64,000 nt of DNA from Candidatus Nomurabacteria bacterium (lineage in GTDB: Bacteria > Patescibacteriota > Minisyncoccia > Phycocordibacterales > UBA9973), in contig JACKGL010000003.1 in NCBI GenBank assembly GCA_020631955.1, positions 72,059 to 136,058 of the forward strand. The letters are read 5' to 3'. The notes below the pieces were generated by a model. It saw nothing but the letters and a program-made list of their open reading frames with translations, made no database searches and was not told where the DNA came from. Below are positions 9,950 through 19,573 of this stretch, one piece after another (the first letter of the stretch is position 1; the number at the start of each line of letters is the position of its first letter). The position numbers were made by a program, and so were the translations under genes.

Positions 9950-10311
9950 TGAGCGAGCTCACACAAGAATGGAAAGCAGATATTATTGCTGATTTTATAT
10001 CTCACGCCTTAAAAAACGTGAAAAATCCAGATCTTGTGGAGTCTATATATGACGATTGTACACTTCACATACGTGATTATTTAAAAGAAGTAAAAAGATG
10101 TTGGGAAGATGCTCATGATGAGTCTGATTCTGTGCAGAAGGAAAGGATCACTCAGATATGTCGCAGAATGGAAAATGAAAATAAGTTTTATAGTTTCATT
10201 GTAGAAAAGCTCATGTCTATAAACCCAACTCTTTCTATAGAAGAATACAACAGAGAGATACATCGTACACTTGTGGCCGTAAAAAATGATATTGAAAATA
10301 ATGAGATCTAA
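9949..10311 (+). CDS. Hypothetical helical protein
   Basis: 120-aa ORF coupled to the rpiB stop through a TAATG overlap. No motif recognised. Confidence 0.45.
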   Translation: MSELTQEWKADIIADFISHALKNVKNPDLVESIYDDCTLHIRDYLKEVKRCWEDAHDESDSVQKERITQICRRMENENKFYSFIVEKLMSINPTLSIEEYNREIHRTLVAVKNDIENNEI

Positions 10312-10312
10312 T

Positions 10313-10966
10313 ATGATAGAGATAATACCAGCAATAATACCTACTTCTTATACAGAAATAGAAGAAAAAATAAAAAAAATAGAAGGGCAGTTTGAAAGAG
10401 TGCAGGTAGATGTCGTGGATGGTGAATATGTACCCAATATCTCTTGGCCTTTCAACGACAGTGAATTTGATTTTGATTTTGGTGATGGCAATAATGAGAT
10501 CCAAGAGCTACCTTATGCTAAATATGTAGATTATGAAGTAGATATTATGGCAAAAGAAAGTCATAAATATTTTGATACGTTTGTAAACCTCGGAGCAACC
10601 AGAATAATACTTCATCTTGGAGAAAACACAGATGAGACTAAAGAATTTATAGAAGCAGTAAGTAACGATGCGAGGGATGGTGTGCAAGTAGGTATAGCCA
10701 TACATCAGGAGTATGATATGTCTGTAGTAGATAAATTCGCCAATGTTGTGGATTTTTTCCAGGTTATGGGGATAGATAAAGTCGGTTTTCAAGGACATGA
10801 ATTTACACAAAAAACTTTTGAAATAATAAAATACATAAAAATAAACTATCCAGAAATGGAAATAAGTGTGGATGGGGGAGTGAAAGTAAATATGCTAGAA
10901 GAACTAGAAAAAGCAGGTGTTTCTAGGGCTGTTATGGGGAGTGGTTTTTGGGATAATATAGAGTAA
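10313..10966 (+). CDS. Ribulose-phosphate 3-epimerase-like TIM-barrel protein (divergent)
   Basis: DVVDGEYVPN, SVDGGVKVN and MGSGFW align to Rpe motifs. Start moved to the ATG at 10313, 1 nt after the upstream stop; the ORF track start is 10286. Confidence 0.7.
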   Translation: MIEIIPAIIPTSYTEIEEKIKKIEGQFERVQVDVVDGEYVPNISWPFNDSEFDFDFGDGNNEIQELPYAKYVDYEVDIMAKESHKYFDTFVNLGATRIILHLGENTDETKEFIEAVSNDARDGVQVGIAIHQEYDMSVVDKFANVVDFFQVMGIDKVGFQGHEFTQKTFEIIKYIKINYPEMEISVDGGVKVNMLEELEKAGVSRAVMGSGFWDNIE

Positions 10967-10969
10967 TGA

Positions 10970-10978
10970 TGTTATAAT
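10970..10978 (+). promoter_or_regulatory. Extended -10 element TGtTATAAT, 6 nt upstream of the transketolase ATG
   Basis: Read on the plus strand. Confidence 0.45.
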
Positions 10979-10984
10979 TTATAT

Positions 10985-11854
10985 ATGCATTATTTATCTG
11001 ATGAAAAAGTAAAATTCCTTGAAGAAAAAGCCAACGATATAAGACAGTCGATAATAGAAATGCTTTTAGAGGCAAAGAGTGGTCACACAGCTGGACCTTT
11101 GGGTATGGCGGACGTATTTACTCTTTTGTATTTTCACGCACTAAAATACGACCCTAAAAATCCAAATCAGGAAGATAGAGATAGACTAGTGCTTTCCAAC
11201 GGACATATATGCCCAGTACTTTACGCTACTATGGCTCATGCTGGATATATGCCTGTCGAGGAGCTTAAAACTTTAAGAAAGTTTGGAAGTAGATTGCAAG
11301 GTCATCCTCATAGAGAATTCATGCCTTGGCTAGAAAGTAGCTCTGGACCTTTGGGGTCGGGCCTATCTCAAACTGTAGGTATGGCTCTAGCGGAAAGAAT
11401 AGACAAAGGAAGAATGTCTGAAAAAACTTTTTATTGCCTTACTGGTGATGGAGAACTAGACGAAGGTAACAACTGGGAGGCTATAATGCTAGCAAGTAAA
11501 GAAAAACTTCACAATCTTATAGCTATAGTAGATAGAAATAACATACAGATAGATGGGTATACCGAAGATGTCATGCCTATATCTCCTCTGGTAGAAAAGT
11601 GGGAAGCTTTTGGTTGGCACGTGCAAGATGTAGACGGGCACAACTTTGAGATGCTCGCTGAAGCTATAGGAAAAGCAAAGTCAGTGTATGATAGACCTTC
11701 TGTTATCATAGCCAACACAATACCTGGTAAAGGAGTAAAAGAATTCCAATGGGATCCAGCTTGGCACGGTAAAGCACCAAATAAAGAAGAGGCTGATATG
11801 GCTCTGAAAGAGTTAAGAACATTAGGAGGACAGATTAGAAGTGAACATGAATAG
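10985..11854 (+). CDS. Transketolase, N-terminal (TPP-binding) subunit
   Basis: SGHTAGPLGMADV and GDGELDEGNNWEA; split-type transketolase. Confidence 0.92.
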   Translation: MHYLSDEKVKFLEEKANDIRQSIIEMLLEAKSGHTAGPLGMADVFTLLYFHALKYDPKNPNQEDRDRLVLSNGHICPVLYATMAHAGYMPVEELKTLRKFGSRLQGHPHREFMPWLESSSGPLGSGLSQTVGMALAERIDKGRMSEKTFYCLTGDGELDEGNNWEAIMLASKEKLHNLIAIVDRNNIQIDGYTEDVMPISPLVEKWEAFGWHVQDVDGHNFEMLAEAIGKAKSVYDRPSVIIANTIPGKGVKEFQWDPAWHGKAPNKEEADMALKELRTLGGQIRSEHE

Positions 11855-11856
11855 AT

Positions 11857-12843
11857 ATGTTAAATCCTAAACTAAAACTAAATCCTAAAGTATTCAATGA
11901 TGATTGCGAACAAGAACCTATTCGTAAAGGTTTTGGCATGGGTCTACAAGAAGCAGGTGAGAAAGATACCTCTATAGTAGCTCTTTGTGCTGATCTAACA
12001 GAATCCACCCAAATGCATCATTTTAAAAATTCGTTCCCAGAAAGATTTGTGGAGATAGGTGTAGCAGAGCAAAACTTGGCGACAGTGTCTTCCGGTATGG
12101 CTGCTATGGGTAAATATCCATTTTGTAGTAGTTATGCCATGTTTAGTCCTGGTAGAAATTGGGAACAAATACGTACTACAATATGCTACAACGATAGACC
12201 TGTATGTATAGTAGGTAGTCATGCTGGTGTGTCTGTGGGACCTGACGGAGGGACACATCAGGCACTTGAAGATATTGCTCTTATGAGAGTGTTACCAAAC
12301 ATGATGGTGTTTTCACCTTGTGATTCTATAGAAGCAAAAAAAGTTACATTGGCTATAGCTGGGAAAAAGAAGCCTGCATATTTAAGACTTGCTAGAGAAA
12401 AAACTGGTATTATTACCACCGAAGAAACACCTTTTGAAATAGGTAAGGCCCAAGTTTTTTATGAATCAGATGGTATTCCAAATGTTGGCATAATAGCCAC
12501 CGGATCTTTGGTTAGAAACGCTATCTTAGCTGCTAGAGATCTAGAAAAGAAAGGTATAAAATCAAAAGTACTAAACATAACTACCATAAAACCAATAGAC
12601 GCGGATGCTGTAATAGCTCTTGCAAAAGAAACAGGGAAGATAGTGACTATTGAAGAGCATCAGGTAGCCGGAGGTTTGGGTGGTGCTGTATCTGAAGTAC
12701 TATCTCAAAACTTACCAACCAAAATGAAGATACTTGGTATCAACGACCAGTTCGGTCAATCAGGTACACCAAACGAACTTGTAAAATTTTACAAGTTGGA
12801 TAGGGAAGGTATAGCCGACTCTGTGATAGACTTTCTAAAATAA
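11857..12843 (+). CDS. Transketolase, C-terminal (pyrimidine-binding) subunit
   Basis: RFVEIGVAEQNL. 328 aa, 2 nt after the N-terminal subunit. Confidence 0.92.
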   Translation: MLNPKLKLNPKVFNDDCEQEPIRKGFGMGLQEAGEKDTSIVALCADLTESTQMHHFKNSFPERFVEIGVAEQNLATVSSGMAAMGKYPFCSSYAMFSPGRNWEQIRTTICYNDRPVCIVGSHAGVSVGPDGGTHQALEDIALMRVLPNMMVFSPCDSIEAKKVTLAIAGKKKPAYLRLAREKTGIITTEETPFEIGKAQVFYESDGIPNVGIIATGSLVRNAILAARDLEKKGIKSKVLNITTIKPIDADAVIALAKETGKIVTIEEHQVAGGLGGAVSEVLSQNLPTKMKILGINDQFGQSGTPNELVKFYKLDREGIADSVIDFLK

Positions 12844-12869
12844 AACAAGCCTACGCGGCTTGTTTTTTT
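12842..12869. terminator. Rho-independent terminator after transketolase
   Basis: AACAAGCC-tacgc-GGCTTGTT stem followed by T7. It overlaps the last codons of the convergent ORF at 12851. Confidence 0.7.
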
Positions 12870-13144
12870 GAGTAATTATTTTCTTCCAAGTACTTGGCTA
12901 GATTTGTTTTTAGAAAGGTAAATATTGTCCTTACATCATAAATGGAAGGGTTGTCTTTTTTGTATATATCTAATAATCCGCCTACCGTTTCTTGGATAAG
13001 GTTTTTGTTATATTCATCCAAACCCTCTGACCAAGATAAAATATCATTAAGCTCATCTACGTCTAAAGATCTGACATACTGTAACTCTTCTTGGGTGAGG
13101 GGAGGTGTTTCTTTTGGATATAATGATCCTGGTATTCCTGGCAT
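12851..13144 (-). CDS. Hypothetical protein
   Basis: 97-aa ORF, 2 nt downstream of the ORF at 13147. No motif recognised. Confidence 0.4.
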   Translation of the reverse strand: MPGIPGSLYPKETPPLTQEELQYVRSLDVDELNDILSWSEGLDEYNKNLIQETVGGLLDIYKKDNPSIYDVRTIFTFLKTNLAKYLEENNYSKKQAA

Positions 13145-13146
13145 AT

Positions 13147-13389
13147 TTATTCAGATATTTCTAATTGATGCATTTGAGAATTGGTCTCTTGTATCTGAGC
13201 ACCTTTTTCGCTGAGTTCTTTTTGTAGAATTCTATACTGCTCATCATTTCCTTCAAAATTTTTACCTTTTTCATAAAGTTCTTTATATTCTTCATTTAGT
13301 TTGTTGAACTTTTCTCTGAGGCCTTGATATTCTTGTGTTTTAAATACTTCTTTTATGTTGTTGTTTTCTTCTATACTCCTTTCGAACAT
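13147..13389 (-). CDS. Hypothetical coiled-coil protein
   Basis: 80 aa, E/K/Q-rich heptad-like sequence, 2 nt downstream of the PfkB kinase. Confidence 0.4.
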   Translation of the reverse strand: MFERSIEENNNIKEVFKTQEYQGLREKFNKLNEEYKELYEKGKNFEGNDEQYRILQKELSEKGAQIQETNSQMHQLEISE

Positions 13390-13391
13390 AA

Positions 13392-14381
13392 TTAGAAATT
13401 GCTTACTTTATAATCCTCAGGTGCATCAGCCAAGAATTTTTCCAAAACATCTTTCTCAAGAAGTCCTTCTTGAGCACCTATTTTTTGTACTACAGACATA
13501 GAGTTGATAGGACCTCTTAGAAGAGCTTCTTTTAAGCTAAGACCCATGGCCATATAAGCTGACACAGTAGAAGAGAAAGCGTCTCCAGCACCTGTTCTTT
13601 CAAACGGTGTATGAGGGTATACTGGGACAAACAAATATTCACCTTTCTCATCTCTCGCATAAGCGCCCTCTATACCGTCGGTAATAACCACTATCTTTGG
13701 TCCGAGTTCATGTATTTTGTCTAGTAGAACTTTTAAGTCACGAGATTCTTCATTTAATATTCTTTGAGCTTCTTCTACATTGCAGAAAAATATATCACTT
13801 CTTTCGTATATACGTTTTAGACTATCTATACCCATTTTCATTTGGAAAGTACCAGGTTGAAAAGCGAGTAGTATATCTTTGTGTTGATCTAAGTAGTCAG
13901 CTAGTTCCATATGAAAGTCTAAAGTGTTTTCAGCCAAAGAAGATAAATATATACATTTTGGTACAGGCATATTAGGGTTGAGCTTTCTTTCGTACGCTTG
14001 GTGTTTTACCAATATTGTGCGATCTACGTCATACCAAAGTACAAAGTGGTAGTTGGTAGGTAGAACTTTATCTACATCGATATAGTCGGATATTACATTA
14101 TTTTTTTTCAATGTGTCTAGACACTCTTTTCCGTAAAGATCGTCACCGACAGCAGCAGAAAGAGCAGAGTTTAGACCTAGTCTTGCAGCACTTACAGCAG
14201 CGTTTGGACTATTTCCTACAGCTGGAGCTACAATAAGCTCTTCATAAGGAACTTTATCACCAAATCTTACACACAACTCACACGCTGTATTATCGAGTTT
14301 ACAGTGAGTTGCAGCATCTTTTAACTTAATAAATGCATCTGTGACTATATCTCCAATAGCCAAAAAATCTATATTTTTCAT
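13392..14381 (-). CDS. PfkB-family carbohydrate kinase
   Basis: Ribokinase-like fold with C-terminal TGAGDAFSS anion-hole motif. 329 aa. Confidence 0.85.
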   Translation of the reverse strand: MKNIDFLAIGDIVTDAFIKLKDAATHCKLDNTACELCVRFGDKVPYEELIVAPAVGNSPNAAVSAARLGLNSALSAAVGDDLYGKECLDTLKKNNVISDYIDVDKVLPTNYHFVLWYDVDRTILVKHQAYERKLNPNMPVPKCIYLSSLAENTLDFHMELADYLDQHKDILLAFQPGTFQMKMGIDSLKRIYERSDIFFCNVEEAQRILNEESRDLKVLLDKIHELGPKIVVITDGIEGAYARDEKGEYLFVPVYPHTPFERTGAGDAFSSTVSAYMAMGLSLKEALLRGPINSMSVVQKIGAQEGLLEKDVLEKFLADAPEDYKVSNF

Positions 14382-14387
14382 GTATTT

Positions 14388-14396
14388 ATTATAACA
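14388..14396 (-). promoter_or_regulatory. Extended -10 element TGtTATAAT, 6 nt upstream of the PfkB kinase ATG
   Basis: Read on the minus strand. No SD in the 6-nt gap. Confidence 0.45.
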
Positions 14397-14401
14397 TATT
14401 A

Positions 14402-14410
14402 TGATATAAT
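14402..14410 (+). promoter_or_regulatory. Extended -10 element TGaTATAAT, 6 nt upstream of the aldolase ATG
   Basis: Read on the plus strand. No SD in the gap (aggact). Confidence 0.45.
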
Positions 14411-14416
14411 AGGACT

Positions 14417-15286
14417 ATGAAAACTTTACGTGAATATATAAAAGAAGCAGATGAAAAAGGTGTGGCTATAGGTCATTTTAATATATCAAACCTAGAAGCT
14501 CTACACGGTATATATAATGCTGCAAAATCACTAGACTTGCCTGTGATTATCGGTGTGTCTGAAGGAGAGGAGGCTTTTGTGGGTACAGAAGTAGCTGTCG
14601 CTATGGTCAAAGCTATAAGAGAAACTGATAATTATCCAATATTTTTAAATGCTGACCATCACTATTCTTTTGAAGGAGTGAAGAAGGCTATAGATGCTGG
14701 TTTTGACTCTGTGATTATAGATGCCGTGAAGTTGCCTTATGAAGAAAATGTAGCACTTACGAAAAAGTGTGTAGATTATGCAAGAGAGATATCTGAAAAA
14801 ACAGGTAGAGATATTTTAGTAGAAGCAGAGCTTGGTTTCATCGGACAATCCTCAAAAGTGTTAGATGAAGTTCCAGAAGGTGTAAGTGAAGAAACTATGA
14901 CTAAACCAGAAGAAGCAAAAGCTTTTGTAGATGCTACGGGTGTAGATTTACTAGCTCCGTCTGTAGGTAATGTACACGGTATAGTGACTTCTGGTAACCC
15001 TAGACTACACCCAGAGAGAGTAAAACAGATACGAGAAGCCGCAGGTGTGCCATTGGTACTTCATGGTGGGTCTGGAACTATGGATGACGACTTCGTGGCT
15101 TGCATCGGGGAAGGTATAGATATAGTACACATTAACACAGAGATACGAGTGGCTTACAGAGATGCTATAAAGAAATTTTTAAATGAAAATCCAAACGAGG
15201 TAGCTCCTTATAAGTTTTTAGCTCCCGGAGTAGAAGCTGTAGAAGAAGTTGTTAAGAAAAGACTAAAACTTTTCAATAAGATGTAG
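14417..15286 (+). CDS. fba: Class II fructose/tagatose-bisphosphate aldolase
   Basis: LNADHH and VLHGGSG metal and phosphate motifs. 289 aa. Confidence 0.9.
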   Translation: MKTLREYIKEADEKGVAIGHFNISNLEALHGIYNAAKSLDLPVIIGVSEGEEAFVGTEVAVAMVKAIRETDNYPIFLNADHHYSFEGVKKAIDAGFDSVIIDAVKLPYEENVALTKKCVDYAREISEKTGRDILVEAELGFIGQSSKVLDEVPEGVSEETMTKPEEAKAFVDATGVDLLAPSVGNVHGIVTSGNPRLHPERVKQIREAAGVPLVLHGGSGTMDDDFVACIGEGIDIVHINTEIRVAYRDAIKKFLNENPNEVAPYKFLAPGVEAVEEVVKKRLKLFNKM

Positions 15287-15287
15287 T

Positions 15288-16772
15288 ATGAGTTTCAGTG
15301 TTGTAAGAACAAGATTTGCCCCTAGTCCTACTGGTTACTTACACGTAGGAGGATTACGTACGGCTCTTTATGCATATCTAGTAGCGAAACAAAATCAAGG
15401 AAAATTTTTACTTAGAGTAGAAGATACTGATAGAGAAAGGTTTGTAGAGGGTGCTATAGAAGATTTTTTGAAAGCGCTTAATTGGGCTGGAATAAATCCA
15501 GACGAAGGTGTGTGTCTTGAAGGTGAGCATATAGCACAAAAAGGTGACCTGGGGCCATATATACAATCAGAAAGATTAGATGTATACAAAAGGTATTCTG
15601 ACCAACTCATAGAAAAAGGTTTTGCATATAAATGTTTTTGCACCAAAGAAAGATTAGATGGTCTGAGAGAAGAGTTACAAAAAAAAGGTGAAGTGCCTAA
15701 ATATGATAGACACTGTTTAGGTCTTACTGAAGATGAGATAAATAAAAATGTTTCTGAAGGTCAGCCTTTTGTTGTGAGGTTAAAAATACCAGAAGGTATA
15801 ACAACATTTAAAGATGAAATAAGAGGAGATATATCTTATCCAAATAAAGACTTAGATGATCAAGTACTTATGAAAAGCGATGGTTTTCCTACATATCATA
15901 TGGCTGTAGTAGTAGATGATCATGAAATGCAAATAAGCCATGTGATAAGAGGTGAAGAATGGATATCTAGTACACCCAAGCATATTATTTTATACAATGC
16001 TTTTGGTTGGGATGTGCCAGTCCACGCTCATTTACCACTTCTTTTAAACGAAGACAGAACAAAGCTATCTAAAAGACAAGGTGATGTAGCGGTAAATGAC
16101 TATATAAATAAAGGATACTTACCAGAAGCCTTGGTAAACTTTGTAGCATTTTTAGGTTGGAACCCAGGGGATGAGAGGGAAATTTTTTCAATTAAAGAAC
16201 TCATAAAAAGTTTTTCTTTGGATAAAGTTAGTAAGTCAGGAGCATTTTTCAATACAGAAAAGCTTGATTGGTACAACAGAGAATATCTAAAAAATATTTC
16301 CATGACAGACTTTATGATTGGTATAAAAAATTTTTCTCAAATAGAAAGTATAAAAAATTTCAATGAAGAAGTGTTGTTAAAAATAGGGGATATTTTGAAA
16401 GAAAGAATATCAAAGTATAAAGATATAGATACGATGATAGAAGAAGGGGAGTTGCAATACTTTTTTGATAAACCAAATCTAGAAAAAAACAAAATACCAA
16501 ATAAAAATTGTGATGTAGATAAAACAAAAGAATATCTTTCCGCTACTATTGACATATTGTCTAATATGATGTCTGACTGGAGTCCAGAAAATATAAAGGA
16601 AACTCTCTGGGATTATTCAGGAGAGAAGGGAAGAGGGGACGTTCTATGGCCTCTTAGATATTCTTTGTGTGGTAAAGATAAATCTCCGGATCCTTTTACT
16701 CTGGCTTATGTTTTGGGTAAAGATGAAACAATATCAAGAATTAAAAATGCAATATCTGTTTTAAATGTTTAG
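15288..16772 (+). CDS. gltX: Glutamyl-tRNA synthetase
   Basis: HIGH-type PTGYLHVGGLRTA and KMSKS-type KLSKR. Confidence 0.95.
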   Translation: MSFSVVRTRFAPSPTGYLHVGGLRTALYAYLVAKQNQGKFLLRVEDTDRERFVEGAIEDFLKALNWAGINPDEGVCLEGEHIAQKGDLGPYIQSERLDVYKRYSDQLIEKGFAYKCFCTKERLDGLREELQKKGEVPKYDRHCLGLTEDEINKNVSEGQPFVVRLKIPEGITTFKDEIRGDISYPNKDLDDQVLMKSDGFPTYHMAVVVDDHEMQISHVIRGEEWISSTPKHIILYNAFGWDVPVHAHLPLLLNEDRTKLSKRQGDVAVNDYINKGYLPEALVNFVAFLGWNPGDEREIFSIKELIKSFSLDKVSKSGAFFNTEKLDWYNREYLKNISMTDFMIGIKNFSQIESIKNFNEEVLLKIGDILKERISKYKDIDTMIEEGELQYFFDKPNLEKNKIPNKNCDVDKTKEYLSATIDILSNMMSDWSPENIKETLWDYSGEKGRGDVLWPLRYSLCGKDKSPDPFTLAYVLGKDETISRIKNAISVLNV

Positions 16773-16773
16773 T

Positions 16774-18066
16774 ATGAATAATATTAAAAAAACTTTTTTG
16801 ATATTAACAATCCTATCTTTTTTTGTTGGGAATATTTCTTTTGCTAGCAATGAAACAGAACTCAGAGGAAAGATCACAGAATCAAATCAATCTATAGAAG
16901 ATATCAATAAAGAAATAGAAGCTTATAAAAAAGAATTATCTTCTATATCAGAAAACGCTAACACATTATCAAATCAGGTAAAACAATTAGACTTAACCAA
17001 GAAAAAACTCGAAGCTGATATAGCTCTTACAGAAAAACAAATAGAAAGAGATAACCTAGACCTAGAGCTTTTAGAACAAGAGATAAATTTCACTGAACTT
17101 TCTATAAAAGAAAGAAAAATAGTATTGGCTCAAAATATAAGAGATGTATATGATCTTTCAAACCGTAATCTGGTAGAAATGTTGGTAGCTACGGATACTC
17201 TTACAGAGGCTTGGAGTACTATAGATAATAATCTTTCTTTATATAGAGCAGTAGGTGAAAACATAGATCTTTTAGAGACAAATAAGATAGATCTAAGAAC
17301 AAAACAGGACAAAATATCAGACAAAATAAAACAACTTGAAGATGATAAGAGTAAATTGGAAGATCAGAAAAAGATAGTCAATCAAAACGTAGCTGAAAAG
17401 AATACTCTCCTTAAAGAAACAAAAAACCAAGAATCAAACTACAACGCGCTTATAGCACAAAAAGAAGCTGTCAGAAAAGCTTTTGAAGATGAATTAAGGC
17501 AATATGAATCAGAGCTTAGTTATATACTAGATCCTAGTAAAATACCTCAAAGAGGAGAGGTGGTGTTTGCTTGGCCATTAACAGATGTTCTCATAACTCA
17601 GTTATTTGGTAAGACGGTAGATTCTGCTAGGTTATACACATCAGGATCACACTCAGGAGTGGATTTTAGGGCTGCTGTAGGTACTCCTGTGTTTGCTATG
17701 GCAAACGGTACAGTTGTCGACTTCGGAGATACTGATGTGGCATGTAACGGAGCCTCTTTTGGTAAATGGATACTTATAGCTTATGACAACGGCCTTGCTA
17801 CTACATATGGTCACTTGTCTTTGATAAAAGCGAGCAAAGGACAAAGAGTGACAACAGGACAAACAGTAGCTTATTCTGGTAATACTGGCCATAGTACAGG
17901 ACCTCATTTACATGTGTCTACTTATCCAAGAGATGCTGTGGAAGTAGTAGGGAAGCCATCACTAGCTTGTACAGGTAAAACACTTGTACAGCCTAGAGCT
18001 GCCACTACTGCTTATCTAAACTTACTTGATTATACTCCAAAGACAACCCCAAGTATGTTCAAATAA
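16774..18066 (+). CDS. Secreted coiled-coil M23 metallopeptidase (EnvC/PcsB-like architecture)
   Basis: Signal peptide, about 230 aa of coiled coil, and a C-terminal M23 domain with intact HSGVD and GPHLHV. Start placed at the ATG at 16774, just after the gltX stop; the ORF track start is 16765. Confidence 0.85.
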   Translation: MNNIKKTFLILTILSFFVGNISFASNETELRGKITESNQSIEDINKEIEAYKKELSSISENANTLSNQVKQLDLTKKKLEADIALTEKQIERDNLDLELLEQEINFTELSIKERKIVLAQNIRDVYDLSNRNLVEMLVATDTLTEAWSTIDNNLSLYRAVGENIDLLETNKIDLRTKQDKISDKIKQLEDDKSKLEDQKKIVNQNVAEKNTLLKETKNQESNYNALIAQKEAVRKAFEDELRQYESELSYILDPSKIPQRGEVVFAWPLTDVLITQLFGKTVDSARLYTSGSHSGVDFRAAVGTPVFAMANGTVVDFGDTDVACNGASFGKWILIAYDNGLATTYGHLSLIKASKGQRVTTGQTVAYSGNTGHSTGPHLHVSTYPRDAVEVVGKPSLACTGKTLVQPRAATTAYLNLLDYTPKTTPSMFK

Positions 18067-18077
18067 AAATAAAACAT

Positions 18078-18614
18078 ATGTTTACAAATATAAATACAAA
18101 AAGAGGATTTACTTTGATAGAAATACTTATTACGATAGCTATCATGGGCGCTCTTGCAGGTATAGTTGTAAATGCTGTAAATCAAACTAGAGAAAAAGCA
18201 AAAATAGCAGCTACTAAGTTGGAATTAAAATCACTTGTAAATGCTATAGCAGAGCTTTCAATAGATACTGGATATTGGCCAGGAAGAGAGCCAAGTAAAG
18301 GTACTCCTAATCCACAAACAGCATATGAGCTTTCTTGTGGAGGTGTATCTAATAATGAAGTCGAAGATTTGGGTAGTACACAAGGAGGCCTGACAATATA
18401 TCATTCTTCATACGGAAGTGATTGGGATGGGCCATATATACAAGAGGTACCTGTAGATCCTTGGGGTAATAAATACTTCTTTGATACTGATTACTCTATT
18501 AGTGAGACAACAGAAGCTGTTGTTGTAGGTTCATATGGACCAAATGGTGTCGGTAATAACCTATATGATAGTGATGATATATACCTTATTCTTATAAAGA
18601 GAGATGACTGCTAA
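18078..18614 (+). CDS. Type IV pilin / GspG-like pseudopilin
   Basis: Prepilin signal KRGFTLIEILITIAIMG and GspG-like DPWGNKYFF. Confidence 0.85.
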   Translation: MFTNINTKRGFTLIEILITIAIMGALAGIVVNAVNQTREKAKIAATKLELKSLVNAIAELSIDTGYWPGREPSKGTPNPQTAYELSCGGVSNNEVEDLGSTQGGLTIYHSSYGSDWDGPYIQEVPVDPWGNKYFFDTDYSISETTEAVVVGSYGPNGVGNNLYDSDDIYLILIKRDDC

Positions 18615-18638
18615 AGGCTATATATTTCCCCTCACTTA

Positions 18639-18666
18639 GTGTCGCAAAAGATATATTGTGCGACAC
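18639..18666. terminator. Hairpin between convergent genes
   Basis: GTGTCGCA, a 12-nt loop, then TGCGACAC. The flanks are AT-rich and there is no clean T-run. Confidence 0.35.
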
Positions 18667-18708
18667 ATATATATATTTTCCCTATATATAACAATGTCTA
18701 TAAATATT

Positions 18709-19572
18709 TTAATCAAGAAACGATTCCCTGCACGCATTGAATACCTGCACTGTGTTGTTGTAAGTAGATACGTTTAACTGAAGATCATTTGAAGTTTTAT
18801 TGTATTTGGAAACCAAATCATTGTATTCTTTTATATATTGATTTTCACCGTTTTCTATCTTTTGACTTAGATCATCTAGTTCTTCCACCATGTTGGCTAT
18901 ATCAGATTTTTGTGAATTTATCTCTACCTCTAATGACCTATCTACTTTAGGGCAAGCGTTATCTGGTGTACCAAAGTGTTGGACGGCTATTATTACATCT
19001 TTACCTTCATACTTAGTATAAGTTACTGATATACCTATCTCTGTGAAGTTTTCACTCAATATATTTGCTCTGTGGCCCTCACTGTTCATCCAAGCATCCA
19101 CTACTGATTCTGCGTTCTTCCAATCTCCCATTGCTAAGTTTTCTCCTACTACGATATATTGATATCCTCCTTTTTCTATAAAGTATGCCAGGCCTCTACC
19201 TTCTGGGTTTACGTGATCAAAGTAGTTTAAGTTGATCATATCATCCACTTTTATTTTAGATGATACAGAAAGTTTTGGGTTACTTACCAGCTGTGGTAAT
19301 CCATACTTTATTCTTTCTTGGTTTGTGTAGTATAAAATATCAGTAGCTGTTATAGGGTTGTCTTCATCTATCTCACTTCCACTAAAGGAGAAAAGTGTAC
19401 CAGGGGTTGATTGATCTTCAGTATTTCCCAGGAGCTCCCCTATCCTGGCATTACTTTCTGAGTTGGTATTTTTTATTAAACCAAAAGTATTTGTAATAGA
19501 AAAAAGAGAAAATATTATTATAAGAATACTTACCCACAATATGATAGTTTTTACTTTTATTTCTGTGAACAT
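18709..19572 (-). CDS. Membrane-anchored CAP (SCP/PR-1, YkwD-like) domain protein with C-terminal coiled coil
   Basis: YYTNQERIKYGL, GENLAMG, WMNSEGHRANIL. Start moved to the ATG at 19572 (MFTEIKV), 1 nt after the upstream stop; the ORF track start is 19608. Confidence 0.8.
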   Translation of the reverse strand: MFTEIKVKTIILWVSILIIIFSLFSITNTFGLIKNTNSESNARIGELLGNTEDQSTPGTLFSFSGSEIDEDNPITATDILYYTNQERIKYGLPQLVSNPKLSVSSKIKVDDMINLNYFDHVNPEGRGLAYFIEKGGYQYIVVGENLAMGDWKNAESVVDAWMNSEGHRANILSENFTEIGISVTYTKYEGKDVIIAVQHFGTPDNACPKVDRSLEVEINSQKSDIANMVEELDDLSQKIENGENQYIKEYNDLVSKYNKTSNDLQLNVSTYNNTVQVFNACRESFLD

Positions 19573-19573
19573 T

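Noticed and set aside
18615-18708. AT-rich tatatat repeats flanking a hairpin between convergent genes, considered as a possible repeat element.
   Set aside because: This is low-complexity (TA)n-like sequence in a 94-nt convergent 3' region. The hairpin is adequately explained as a terminator.
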